Part shown: one piece after another, positions 15,191 through 24,664 of the stretch
Layout of the letters: each line of letters begins with the position of its first letter
How positions within the stretch are numbered: the first letter of the stretch is position 1
From: a virus
Taxonomy: Duplodnaviria > Caudoviricetes
DNA: 29,868 nt
Virus record (IMG/VR): IMGVR_UViG_3300020045_000749
Location: 1 to 29,868 of that record
Direction: 5' to 3' (one strand)
Program-made: the position numbers and the translations under genes
The notes under the pieces: model-generated
The model's database searches: none
What the model was told of the DNA's origin: nothing
What the model saw: the letters and a program-made list of their open reading frames with translations, nothing else

Positions 15191-17095
15191 ATGCCAACTC
15201 AAAACGTAGGCCTGAGCGCTCAGGTCACGACTACGCCGTTCGTGCAAACTATCACGTCCGGCTACACTAGCGGCGGTACGCCTTTGGCATCCACGCTGGC
15301 AACCTCTGGTGTCAACATCATCAACGTCGGCCCTGGCAATGCGCAATACCGCATCGATAACGGCGACTGGGTCTTGCTTGACCGTAATGAGGGTAACTAC
15401 ATACCCGCTGACCTTTCAGTCAACCGCGTATCCGTCAAGCGGACTAACGATAGCTTGCCGTCAGTCAAAATTGAATATGTAGCAGAGAGCAAGCCGACTG
15501 CATACATAGGCATGAATGGTGAATCGTTTCCGGTAGCGACTCCTCCAGTAACGATTACTGGATATCGGTATGTAGATAGTATTGCAACGGCAGTTCCGGG
15601 GGCGGGATACGCTTTCACGGCAGGCCAATGGTATCGTGACGGCGCCGCCATCAGTGGGCAAACTGCGCTGACATATACTCGATTGCTGGCTGATGTCGGG
15701 ACTGCACTGACCTTTATCCCAACAGGGGTGGCATATTCTGCGGCTGGCGGGGCTACGCTGGCCGAAGTGGTCTACCCACTTGAGACGAACTACGCAACGC
15801 GCATCTACCAGACTAACGCCTCGTATTCCAGCCCGGTAACTGTCTACAACGGCGCAACTCTGTTTAACACGTCAGAAACCAATGTGACCGGCACATCTAT
15901 GTTGGTAACGGAAATTGAGGGCGACGCTACCCATATTCAGTTAATCGTGGCAAATATGCACACGGTTACGTCGCGCACGTGTAATGGCTTCACCGTAGTA
16001 TGCCCTGATGCAATTGGCGACAAGCGGTATGACTCTTTGTTTGCTGCCGCACCTGTTGGAACGTTCAATGGCGGTTCGGCCACCGGCGTATGCCCTCCTA
16101 GGGCTGCGGCAGATACAAGCGCAAACTTCATCATGTCGGATGAATACCCCATCACTCCAGTAGCGCGTACGGATGGCGGCACTAAATTCCTGATCGCTAT
16201 TCGGGAAGCATGTTTCTACCCTGCTATATTTAATAGTGCGGATGCTGGGCTGACTAATCCGGGCAACTGGAACGCTCCTTATTTTGCTCATTCCGGGGCA
16301 GACTGGAACAACACCGCAAAGCCAGGCTTCTATCTCGCTGTGGGCGTACGTGACAACAAGCTTAACAGCGCAATCGGGGTTACTCCTGACGGGTCCAAAA
16401 TCGGTGCGATTCTTGGATTCCGTGTGAAGTACAAAAATCGTGCGGCTACATTCGCATGGTTCGGTTCTTCCTATCTCAAGTCGGACCTTACGTCACTTGC
16501 GGCGAAACAGGGTGCTGGCTTTGTGATGGAGTCGGCGCTTGCTGTATCGACGCCAGATCGCCCGGTTGAGTTCATCAATGGTGGTCAAGCGGGGCAGCAG
16601 CTCGACAAGGGTATCCTTTCTGCGCAAGTGGTGATCCCATTGGTCAAGCCAAGCCATGTGGTTATTGAGTATGCCAACCCGAATAACCTGTCAAGTGTTA
16701 CGGCGCCAATCCTAGATACGTTGAGGGGACAGGCCAACACCTTGATCGCGCTTGCTGAAACGAACAGAGCGCGGCCAGTGCTGTTTAACGGCTGGGCGCG
16801 AAATTCCGGCACTTTGCCATGCACCGCTCCGTATTTCACCGCGCCGCAGCAAGTTTTGTTGAACGCATATGTCGCGGAGAGAGTTGGTGGGCCGTACCCG
16901 GTCATCAATACGCGAACTGGCATGAGTGCTGGCACTATCCCGGATACGATCAAAATGATCGCAAACGGATTTGCGGCTGACTATGCTGTTGCGGCAACCG
17001 GTGACGGCTTGCACCAGACGCTGCCAGCGCAGAATGAAGTTCTAATACCAGTGGCAACGGCTGCTCTCGCAATGGAAGCCAATAAATATTTCTAA
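15191..17095 (+). CDS. Virion-associated protein with an Ig-like segment and a C-terminal SGNH/GDSL hydrolase
   Basis: QWYRDGAAISGQTALTY...ADVG Ig-like motif; SGNH blocks WFGSSY, INGGQAG, EYANPNN and DGLH. Confidence 0.7.
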   Translation: MPTQNVGLSAQVTTTPFVQTITSGYTSGGTPLASTLATSGVNIINVGPGNAQYRIDNGDWVLLDRNEGNYIPADLSVNRVSVKRTNDSLPSVKIEYVAESKPTAYIGMNGESFPVATPPVTITGYRYVDSIATAVPGAGYAFTAGQWYRDGAAISGQTALTYTRLLADVGTALTFIPTGVAYSAAGGATLAEVVYPLETNYATRIYQTNASYSSPVTVYNGATLFNTSETNVTGTSMLVTEIEGDATHIQLIVANMHTVTSRTCNGFTVVCPDAIGDKRYDSLFAAAPVGTFNGGSATGVCPPRAAADTSANFIMSDEYPITPVARTDGGTKFLIAIREACFYPAIFNSADAGLTNPGNWNAPYFAHSGADWNNTAKPGFYLAVGVRDNKLNSAIGVTPDGSKIGAILGFRVKYKNRAATFAWFGSSYLKSDLTSLAAKQGAGFVMESALAVSTPDRPVEFINGGQAGQQLDKGILSAQVVIPLVKPSHVVIEYANPNNLSSVTAPILDTLRGQANTLIALAETNRARPVLFNGWARNSGTLPCTAPYFTAPQQVLLNAYVAERVGGPYPVINTRTGMSAGTIPDTIKMIANGFAADYAVAATGDGLHQTLPAQNEVLIPVATAALAMEANKYF

Positions 17096-17145
17096 GGTCG
17101 TTAAAACCGTTAAAATATGGCAATGGAAAAACCTTGGAAGAAATT

Positions 17146-17472
17146 ATGAACCCAGCACTCGCAGCAATTCAGAAGCGCCGCTCTACGCACGATATTTCGA
17201 CCAAGGTAATTGATTCGGGCGAGGTGTCGGGGATTATGCGCACGCAGGATTGCACCGCGATTGCTGAGTACGCCAAGGCGCAGCATAACGGTGGCTACCA
17301 CGGCACGTCGGAGGTGAAGCACGCCGCCCGACTGCCGCTGGTAATCGTTGAGCAGTATTGCAACGATAACGGCGTGTCGTTCGAGCAGTTTATGAAAGAC
17401 CCGGTACATATTCGCCGGATCGTCAAAGACCCGAAGAACGACGCATTCCGCATCTGGAAGGGTAATTTCTAA
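17146..17472 (+). CDS. Conserved podophage hypothetical protein
   Basis: QDCTAIAEYAK...HAARLPLVIVEQY...DPKNDAFRIWKG; TAATG coupling to the adaptor gene. Confidence 0.75.
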   Translation: MNPALAAIQKRRSTHDISTKVIDSGEVSGIMRTQDCTAIAEYAKAQHNGGYHGTSEVKHAARLPLVIVEQYCNDNGVSFEQFMKDPVHIRRIVKDPKNDAFRIWKGNF

Positions 17473-18086
17473 TGGCGCTCGCAAACTATACCGATCTGCA
17501 AGCCGAAGTTGCGAATTGGATGCACCGCTCGAATCTGGAAGGCGACATTCCGAACTTTATCGCGCTAGCCGAGGCACGCATTCGTGCGGTGCTTCAGGCG
17601 CAGCTACAAGACGTGATTGGCACGATTGCGACCGTCAACGGGCAGAACTATGCAACGCTGCCTAGCGACCTTCTGCGCGTTCATTCGCTGAGTATCGCCA
17701 ACACGGCGCCATCACTTGACTACGTGACGCCTGACCAGCTTAGTGCGACCTATTACGAGGGTGATGTCGGCATTCCGCAGAAATACACGACTGTGGGCGA
17801 CATCATTTACTTTGGCCCGACGCCTGACCGCGTTTATACGATCAATTGCGTGTTCCAAGCGGCTGTGCCGAGCCTTACCGATCTTGTTCCGACCAACACG
17901 CTGCTGACCAAGTGGCCGAACGTCTACCTGTGGGCATCGCTGACGGAAGCCGCGAAGTTCTGCCGCGACCGTGAGACGCAAGCAGGATTTGATGCCGACT
18001 TCCGTGAAGCCATGGGGACCGTCAACATGATTGAGTGGCACAAAGGCGGGCTGCTTCGCCAACGAACCGATACGAGGAATTTCTAA
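17472..18086 (+). CDS. Head-tail adaptor protein
   Basis: MALANYTDLQAEVANWMHR...IPNFIALAEARI...PTPD..Y...NTLLTKWPNVYLWASL pattern; position in the tail module. Confidence 0.8.
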   Translation: MALANYTDLQAEVANWMHRSNLEGDIPNFIALAEARIRAVLQAQLQDVIGTIATVNGQNYATLPSDLLRVHSLSIANTAPSLDYVTPDQLSATYYEGDVGIPQKYTTVGDIIYFGPTPDRVYTINCVFQAAVPSLTDLVPTNTLLTKWPNVYLWASLTEAAKFCRDRETQAGFDADFREAMGTVNMIEWHKGGLLRQRTDTRNF

Positions 18087-18430
18087 TGGGCCTTGAAAAT
18101 AGCGTCAATTACATCAACGACCTGAACCCTCTGTGGCCTACGCCATCGGACCCAAAGTCCGCTGGTGATGACCATATCCGCGAGACGAAGAAGGCGGTTC
18201 AACAGTCATTCCCGCTGGTGGCCGGCCCTGTCCCCATCGCACATGACCAGTTCGCGTCCAAGACGTATGTACAGGGCGTCGCGTTCAACACGGCATTGCC
18301 TGCTCAACCTGGCGGTGCGATCAAATACGACCTGATTACGCAGACCGGCGTTGCATCGTGGACGCCTCGCTCTAACTTCGCAGACCTCGACCATTTGGCC
18401 GAATTGCAAGCAATCGCACTCTCTTTTTAA
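18086..18430 (+). CDS. Tail-fibre N-terminal anchor protein (short)
   Basis: GAGG RBS; MGLE...INDLNPLWP...D.KS.GDDHIR..K...QQSFP is a typical podophage fibre attachment domain. Confidence 0.7.
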   Translation: MGLENSVNYINDLNPLWPTPSDPKSAGDDHIRETKKAVQQSFPLVAGPVPIAHDQFASKTYVQGVAFNTALPAQPGGAIKYDLITQTGVASWTPRSNFADLDHLAELQAIALSF

Positions 18431-18439
18431 GGAACTATC

Positions 18440-18871
18440 ATGGCTGCTGATGAAACCAATCTCGCAAAGTTCGCACAGCGTGCAATGTCGGATACCGTCA
18501 CAGCGACGGCTGCTATCACTAACCTCAACTCGGACGCGCCAACCAACACCGTGAAAATGTTTACGACCGGATCCAAAGGTGGGATTCTTACCCGACTTAC
18601 TGTTCTGCCTCGCGGCACCTGCACTGCAACAAGCCTGTTGCTATTCACCAGCAAAGATGCAGGGACAACGAAAAAATACAAAGACTCAGAAACCCTAGCG
18701 GCGCAAACAGCTGGCGTATCAGGCCGAAATGACGAGGTTGTCTTTGGCAACTATTCGGAAGCTCGGCCGGGGCGACTGGGTCCAAATGTCGAGGTATATG
18801 TCGGACTCGGCGTAGCACAAACTGCTGGTGTCGATTTCAGCTATGAATACTCGGACTTTGCCGTAGCATGA
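18440..18871 (+). CDS. Tail-fibre-associated protein
   Basis: AAGGA RBS; beta-rich; lies between the fibre anchor and the Gly-rich protein. Confidence 0.6.
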   Translation: MAADETNLAKFAQRAMSDTVTATAAITNLNSDAPTNTVKMFTTGSKGGILTRLTVLPRGTCTATSLLLFTSKDAGTTKKYKDSETLAAQTAGVSGRNDEVVFGNYSEARPGRLGPNVEVYVGLGVAQTAGVDFSYEYSDFAVA

Positions 18872-19785
18872 GCTATACCTACGGCATGAAGGGAGCGCCG
18901 GCAATCGGCGGCGGCGGGATGGGGTTGCCACGTACTGCGGAAATTCGCGGCGAGTTGCTTTTTACAACGCCGGGAACGTACTTGGTCACTGTCCCCGAAG
19001 GCGTCACGACTATGTGCGCAGTGGTGCGATCAGGAAGCGGAGGCGCTTTCTATAACTCATTTAGCAGCCCTCCGGTTTACTTTTCTAGTGGTGCTGGATG
19101 CGGCTTGGCATGGTTAAACAATATGCCAGTTACTCCACTTGAACAATTGGTGGTGGTCGTTGGGGCTGGCGGTCTATCTGCCATTCGATCCGCTGCGCCC
19201 GTTATTACTGGTGGCGCTGGGGGGGAAAGCTTTGTTCGCGATGTTGCTACTTGCCGAGCCTCTGGCGGTCAGGGCGGCGCTCAAGGAGTTGCTGCGGCTG
19301 GCGGGTCGGTGACTGCTGGCGATGGCGGCGGAACTGGCGGGTCTGGAGCTTTTACATCAACGTCTGGAAGCTCCGCGTATGTCTCAGGCGGTGGTGCTGC
19401 TGGGTACAGTGGGAATGGCGGTGATGGCGTTGCCAACTTAACCATATCTGTGTCGGCGGGGAACTCAGGAACTGGCGGTGCTGGAGGGTCAGGGGTTCCA
19501 GGCGCACCATCTGGTGGCGTTGGCATGTTTGGCGAAGGGCCATCAGGGCTTGGCGGGACGATTGCGGCAAGTCCTTCCACGCTTGCGGGTGTAGGTAAAG
19601 GTGGGTCCTCTGGCTTGGCTGGGGGGCTTGCCGCGTCTAGATCCGCTGGGGTCAGTGAAGACGGGGCTGGGGGTTCGATTAATTTTCAATCCATTACCGA
19701 TATTTGCAATGGAAGTGACGGCGCCGTACGCCTAATTTGGGGTCCTGGCCGTTCCTTCCCATCAACTGACGTTGGGCAAGGCTAA
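18868..19785 (+). CDS. Glycine-rich putative adhesin / receptor-binding protein
   Basis: FTTPGTY.VTVPEGVTTM...VVVGAGG...many GG repeats...GSDGAVRLIWG. Confidence 0.7.
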   Translation: MSYTYGMKGAPAIGGGGMGLPRTAEIRGELLFTTPGTYLVTVPEGVTTMCAVVRSGSGGAFYNSFSSPPVYFSSGAGCGLAWLNNMPVTPLEQLVVVVGAGGLSAIRSAAPVITGGAGGESFVRDVATCRASGGQGGAQGVAAAGGSVTAGDGGGTGGSGAFTSTSGSSAYVSGGGAAGYSGNGGDGVANLTISVSAGNSGTGGAGGSGVPGAPSGGVGMFGEGPSGLGGTIAASPSTLAGVGKGGSSGLAGGLAASRSAGVSEDGAGGSINFQSITDICNGSDGAVRLIWGPGRSFPSTDVGQG

Positions 19786-19787
19786 CC

Positions 19788-21356
19788 ATGGCATTCGTGC
19801 GCGTTCCTAATTGCGGCTCGGCAGGCGTCATCAAAGACCTGTCGAAGTCCGAGTTACCTATCAGCACGTGGACTGATAGCAGCAATATCCGTTTCCTTGA
19901 CGGCTATGCGCAGCAGTTCCTAGGCCATGGCTCGGCATATGGCGAACCGCCTGTTGTCCCGCTTCATGTGCTGCCGCTGAGTTCCGGTGCTACGCGCTAC
20001 TGGATGTATGCCAGCGAGAAGAAAATCTATGTGACGACGATCTCGACCGGTACGGCTGTACATACCAACCTAACGCGGCAAACGCTCGGCGTTGATGTGG
20101 ATTACTCCATGGTCCCGAACCAGATCACGTCCACGCTGCTGTCGGGCATCCCGATTGTCAATGCTGGCAACCTGACCGATCCGCCGCAACAGTGGAACCT
20201 GGACATCGGCACCCGCATGCAGACGCTGGACAACTGGCCGGCGAACACGTATTGCAAGAGCATGCGCGCGTACAAGAACTACCTGATCGCGCTCAATGTG
20301 ACCAAGGCCGGCCAGAACTTCCCATTCATGGTCAAGTGGTCCGCTCCTGCCGATCCCGGAGGCGTGCCTATCACGTGGGACCCAGCAGACCAGGCCAATG
20401 ACGCTGGCGAATATGATCTGGCCGAGAGCAACGGTCAAGTGATTGATGGCCTGCCGCTACGCGACATGTTCATGATCTACAAAGAGGACAGCATCTGGCG
20501 TATGACGCCAAGCGGCAACGTGTTTATTTTCAACTTCCAGAAGGTGCTTGGAACGTCTGGAGCGCTGAACCGCAATTGCATCGTGGAGGTGGACGGCTTC
20601 CACTTCGTGCTGACTGGCTCGGATGTGATCGTGCATGACGGGCAGACGGCGACGCCTGTACTCGACAAGGTTGCACGGCGCGCGTTGTTTCAGGACATGG
20701 ACGTTTCCGCGACTGATAAGGCGTTCGTGTTCAAAAACCCGTTCCTCAACGAGGTGTTTGTCTGCTACGCGCAGGCAGGCAGCACCGTTCCAAATAAGGC
20801 AATGGTTTGGAACTACCGCGACCGCACTGTATCTTATCGTGAGATTCCGTCACTCCACCATGCAAACTTCGGTGCTGTGGATGCCGCGCTTGGGGATACT
20901 TGGGCGGCTGACAGTGATCCATGGAACTCTGATCTGACCATCTGGAACGGCCCCGACTTCACGCCGAACACCACGCGCGTTCTGATGGCGTCCGACGAAC
21001 AGCGCCTATTCCTGCTTGATTCGTCCGCATCCTATGACGGCGTCAAGCCTGATTGCTACCTTGAGCGCGTGGGGTTGTCGTTTGATGCACCGGAGAAGAT
21101 TAAAACCGTGCTGGGCGTGCGCTTGCGGGTAATGGGGAGCGTTGGCGACGATATTATCGTGCGTGTCGGCTCCTCTGATGATCCGTTCATTGATCCAGTC
21201 TACGCGCCGGCAATGACGCATACCATCGGCTCCACACTGAAACTTGATTGCTTCGTGACCGGCCGATATATTGCTATCCGCCTTGAAAGCGGTACTGCAT
21301 TCTTCTCGCGAGTTGATTCCTACGACATAGATATCATCACGGCCGGGGATTACTGA
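19788..21356 (+). CDS. Tail nozzle / hub (P22 gp10-like DNA stabilization role)
   Basis: 522 aa with beta-propeller-like composition, VKWSAPADP and C-terminal GRYIAIRL; positioned before the ejection genes. Confidence 0.75.
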   Translation: MAFVRVPNCGSAGVIKDLSKSELPISTWTDSSNIRFLDGYAQQFLGHGSAYGEPPVVPLHVLPLSSGATRYWMYASEKKIYVTTISTGTAVHTNLTRQTLGVDVDYSMVPNQITSTLLSGIPIVNAGNLTDPPQQWNLDIGTRMQTLDNWPANTYCKSMRAYKNYLIALNVTKAGQNFPFMVKWSAPADPGGVPITWDPADQANDAGEYDLAESNGQVIDGLPLRDMFMIYKEDSIWRMTPSGNVFIFNFQKVLGTSGALNRNCIVEVDGFHFVLTGSDVIVHDGQTATPVLDKVARRALFQDMDVSATDKAFVFKNPFLNEVFVCYAQAGSTVPNKAMVWNYRDRTVSYREIPSLHHANFGAVDAALGDTWAADSDPWNSDLTIWNGPDFTPNTTRVLMASDEQRLFLLDSSASYDGVKPDCYLERVGLSFDAPEKIKTVLGVRLRVMGSVGDDIIVRVGSSDDPFIDPVYAPAMTHTIGSTLKLDCFVTGRYIAIRLESGTAFFSRVDSYDIDIITAGDY

Positions 21357-21637
21357 TGCGCAATACATCGTATAATTCGTTTCAGTTCGCACCGGGCGAT
21401 CCGGGAAATATAACCAGCGTTGCCGAGCTTTTGCGCTACGTGCAAGACCTTGAGCGGCGGCTAGAAGCTAGCTTATCGTCACTGGCTAGCGGGAAGATGG
21501 AAGTGCTGCATTCGCCGCCAAATAAGCCGCGCGAGGTCACTCTAGTGATAGCGGATGGAGCGAACTGGAATCCCGGTAGCGGATACGGCATTTATGCATT
21601 CAACGGGACAACGTGGGTATTTGTAAAGGCGCTGTAA
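21356..21637 (+). CDS. Small tail protein
   Basis: TGATG coupling; coiled segment followed by ADGANWNPGSG.G.Y. Confidence 0.7.
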   Translation: MRNTSYNSFQFAPGDPGNITSVAELLRYVQDLERRLEASLSSLASGKMEVLHSPPNKPREVTLVIADGANWNPGSGYGIYAFNGTTWVFVKAL

Positions 21638-22071
21638 TGACTGATGTGATTGTAAATAACCCGACTCGCGCTCAAGTGGCCGAGATTGAGGCAATTATCA
21701 GAGAGGCGCCACAGACCGAAATGCCGGTCACAAATTACTTCTCGGAAGGCGTCTATGGACGCGAGATATTTATCCCCGCTGGCACGGTCTTAGTGGGGAA
21801 AATCCACAAGTTTAGCAGCCTGAACGTGCTTATCTCAGGCGAAATTGGCGTATTAACAAATGACGGGGTGAAGCGTGTATCCCCGCCATTCGTTGAAGTA
21901 TCGCCGCCTGGAACCAAGCGCATAGCATACGCCATTACCGACACGCGCTGGCTTACTGTACATGGCACGCATGAAACCGACGTGACGAAGATAGAGCATC
22001 ACTTCATCGCCCAAGACGAGCAAGAATTCCTAGAATTCTGCGAATCACAGAAACTTTTGCAAGGGGAATAA
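21637..22071 (+). CDS. Cupin-like protein
   Basis: YFSEGVYGREIFIPAGTVLVGKIH...SPPGTKRIAYAITDTRWLTVH. Confidence 0.75.
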   Translation: MTDVIVNNPTRAQVAEIEAIIREAPQTEMPVTNYFSEGVYGREIFIPAGTVLVGKIHKFSSLNVLISGEIGVLTNDGVKRVSPPFVEVSPPGTKRIAYAITDTRWLTVHGTHETDVTKIEHHFIAQDEQEFLEFCESQKLLQGE

Positions 22072-22072
22072 T

Positions 22073-23437
22073 ATGGCTTGGGTAGCAGTTGGAGCGGCAG
22101 CAGTCGGGGCGGGTGGCGCATACCTGTCGAGCAAGAACAACGCAAAAGCCGCGCAGGCAGGGCAAACTACACAGCAGCAGATGGACCCTCGTATCAGTGA
22201 AATGTTGCTCGGCAATGGCGATGCTGGTAGCTCTGGTTTGCTGCAACAGTGGGCTGGCTCTGGGAATCCGATGACTGGCGGACAAAACACGTTCGGCCAA
22301 ACGTCGAATGACTACCTGAGCAACTATAGCGGCGCTGATACCGAGCAGTCGCGCAATGCCATCTATAACGCTATGCGAGGCAATACGGCGCCTCAATCTG
22401 GCGGTACGCAATCTGGCATGACGCAATCCGGTGCAGGCCCGCAGGTTGGCGCATTTGGTCAGGGTCAGACTGATTACGTGACTGGCGAGAGCGTAAATGC
22501 GCCGGCACAGAACAATATCAACCTGACCAGCACGTTTGGCAGCTTGCTGGGCGGCGGGAACAACACGGCGCTGATGCAGTCGCTTCAAGCTGGCAATGCG
22601 CTCACCAGCGCGCAGCAGCAGCAGAACCAGTCTGACATGACGCAGAACTTGCAGCGTAACGTGCTGCCGGGGATCCGCTCGGGAGCTATCGCATCGGGCC
22701 AGTACGGCGGTTCGCGCCAGGGCATCGCCGAGGGCAACGCAATCAGCGACTTCACCAAGCAACTCAACAACTCGAATACGCAAATCGGATTGGCTAACAG
22801 CGCCAATACCGCTAGCCAGTTGGCGAACTCATACGAGACAGGCCAGAACCGGTCGCTGGCAGCCGCACAAGGGCTATCGGGCCAGCAGTACGGTGTGGCG
22901 TCGCAGAACTCCAGCCAAGCGCAGCAAGCCAACCTGTCGAACCAGAACGCTAGCAATTCGGCGCAGCAGCTATATGCACAGAATGCGCAGGCCGCTAGCT
23001 TGGCAAATGCGCAGCTTGGGCAGAGTAACAACCAGTTCAATGCGAACTTGGGGCAGGCGAATAACCAGTTTAACGCCAACTTGGGCCAGAACAACAACCA
23101 GTTCAACGCCGGCCAGCAGCAGCAGACGAACAACCAGAACACGTCGTCCGCGCTGGCTGGCTCTGGCATGCTGTCGTCATTGCTTCAGCAGCAGTCTGGC
23201 AACGCTGCAAATTACAACAACTACGGGATGAATCAGGCTCAGCAGTTGTCCGGCATCTTGGCACCGTATGCCAGCGCCAACGGCTCCAGCACTACGACTG
23301 CTCCGAGCTACTCCAACACGGCTGGCGGGCTTCTAGGTGGCGCGGCTGCGGGTCTTGGCCTGTACAACCAGTTCAAAAATTCCGGTCAATACAACACCAC
23401 GCCAAATGCGCAAAACATCGCTCCTGGCACGTACTAA
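22073..23437 (+). CDS. DNA ejection / pilot protein 1
   Basis: Hydrophobic N-terminus MAWVAVGAAAVGAGG, Q/N/G-rich body, GQYGGSRQGIAEG motif, hydrophobic Gly-rich segment near the C-terminus. Confidence 0.75.
   Translation: MAWVAVGAAAVGAGGAYLSSKNNAKAAQAGQTTQQQMDPRISEMLLGNGDAGSSGLLQQWAGSGNPMTGGQNTFGQTSNDYLSNYSGADTEQSRNAIYNAMRGNTAPQSGGTQSGMTQSGAGPQVGAFGQGQTDYVTGESVNAPAQNNINLTSTFGSLLGGGNNTALMQSLQAGNALTSAQQQQNQSDMTQNLQRNVLPGIRSGAIASGQYGGSRQGIAEGNAISDFTKQLNNSNTQIGLANSANTASQLANSYETGQNRSLAAAQGLSGQQYGVASQNSSQAQQANLSNQNASNSAQQLYAQNAQAASLANAQLGQSNNQFNANLGQANNQFNANLGQNNNQFNAGQQQQTNNQNTSSALAGSGMLSSLLQQQSGNAANYNNYGMNQAQQLSGILAPYASANGSSTTTAPSYSNTAGGLLGGAAAGLGLYNQFKNSGQYNTTPNAQNIAPGTY
23015..23110 (+). repeat. 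33-bp coding tandem repeat, about 3 copies (LGQxNNQFNAN)
   Basis: LGQSNNQFNAN-LGQANNQFNAN-LGQNNNQFNA. Confidence 0.8.
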
Positions 23438-23446
23438 GGGGCAATC

Positions 23447-24664
23447 ATGGGTATTTTCGATTCACTCCAAGGGCTAGGCAATCTCAATCCTTACCAGACG
23501 CAGGGATTGCTTGCTGCTGCCGCGCAGATGCTGCAACAGTCTGGCCCATCGCGTACGCCTACAAACCTAGGTCAGATCGTAGGCGGCGGGCTGGGCGCGT
23601 ATCAGCAGGGCATGGACGCATCCAAGAAGCGCAAGCAGGACGAGGAGCAGGCCGCGCAGCTTGCTAAATTGCGTGCGCTTGAGATTCAGTCGCAGACAGG
23701 CCAGATGCAGCAACAGGGCACCATGCGCGATCAACAAGCGCAGATTGATGCCGCCGCACAAGCGTCTATCCGTGACGGCCAATTTGACCAGAACGCGTTT
23801 ATCAACAACGTGCGTCAGATTAACCCACTAAAGGCGCTGGAATTTGAGCAGAAGTTTGCCAAGACCGGGCCAGAATTCGATACCAAGCCACAAACAGCTA
23901 TCGGGCCTGATGGCAAGCCATTCCAATACATTCTTGCAAAAAATGGCGAAATGAAGCGACTTGACGGGGCATTGCCGCGCGACGAATTGAAGCTCGCCAA
24001 CCTTGGCGGGAAGGATGTTGCATATAACCCGTACGCACTGCAAGCTGGACAGACGTTCCAGCGCACGCAGTCGCCAGATAGCGCGGCTAGCAACTCAGTG
24101 GCTATGCGTGGTCAAAACCTAACGGATGCGCGTGGGGCAGAATCGCTAGCGCTTGCGCGTGAGCGTCTTGGCCTCGACCGCGAAACAGCCGCAGCACGTG
24201 CCAGCGTAGAAAAAGCGCCTACGGAGTTTCAAGGAAAGTCGGCTGCATATGGATTGCGAGCAAAAGAAGCAGACAAAATCCTTAACGACTTAGGCAGCAA
24301 ATACAGCCCAGCCGCGATCAATTCAAAGACCTCTGTGTCAAATTGGCCGCTCATTGGTGGCGCACTTGGCGCAGCTACAAACTACGGTCTGAGCGATAAC
24401 GACCAAGTCGCCGAGCAAGCGCAGCGCGATTTCATCAATGCAACGCTTCGCCAAGAATCGGGTGCGGCCATCGGCAAGGATGAGTTTGACAATGCGCGGA
24501 AACAGTATTTCCCGCAGCCTGGCGACTTCAAAACTGTTATTGCAAACAAGGCTAGGAACCGCCAGTTAGTCATACAAGGTTTTGACAACAGCTCTGGTAG
24601 AGCAAAGATGACTGCGCCGGCTAAGGCAAGCTCGAATGGTTGGTCAATCCAGAAGGTGGACTAA
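23447..24664 (+). CDS. DNA ejection protein 2
   Basis: GLLAAAAQML...GPSRTP, RGQNLTD and FINATLRQESGAAIGKDEF...QYFPQPGD motifs; position. Confidence 0.7.
   Translation: MGIFDSLQGLGNLNPYQTQGLLAAAAQMLQQSGPSRTPTNLGQIVGGGLGAYQQGMDASKKRKQDEEQAAQLAKLRALEIQSQTGQMQQQGTMRDQQAQIDAAAQASIRDGQFDQNAFINNVRQINPLKALEFEQKFAKTGPEFDTKPQTAIGPDGKPFQYILAKNGEMKRLDGALPRDELKLANLGGKDVAYNPYALQAGQTFQRTQSPDSAASNSVAMRGQNLTDARGAESLALARERLGLDRETAAARASVEKAPTEFQGKSAAYGLRAKEADKILNDLGSKYSPAAINSKTSVSNWPLIGGALGAATNYGLSDNDQVAEQAQRDFINATLRQESGAAIGKDEFDNARKQYFPQPGDFKTVIANKARNRQLVIQGFDNSSGRAKMTAPAKASSNGWSIQKVD

Noticed and set aside
17088-17116. Promoter before the adaptor/tail genes (TAAAAT at 17111-17116)
   Set aside because: Only a -10-like hexamer in an AT-rich gap, with no convincing -35 or extended -10
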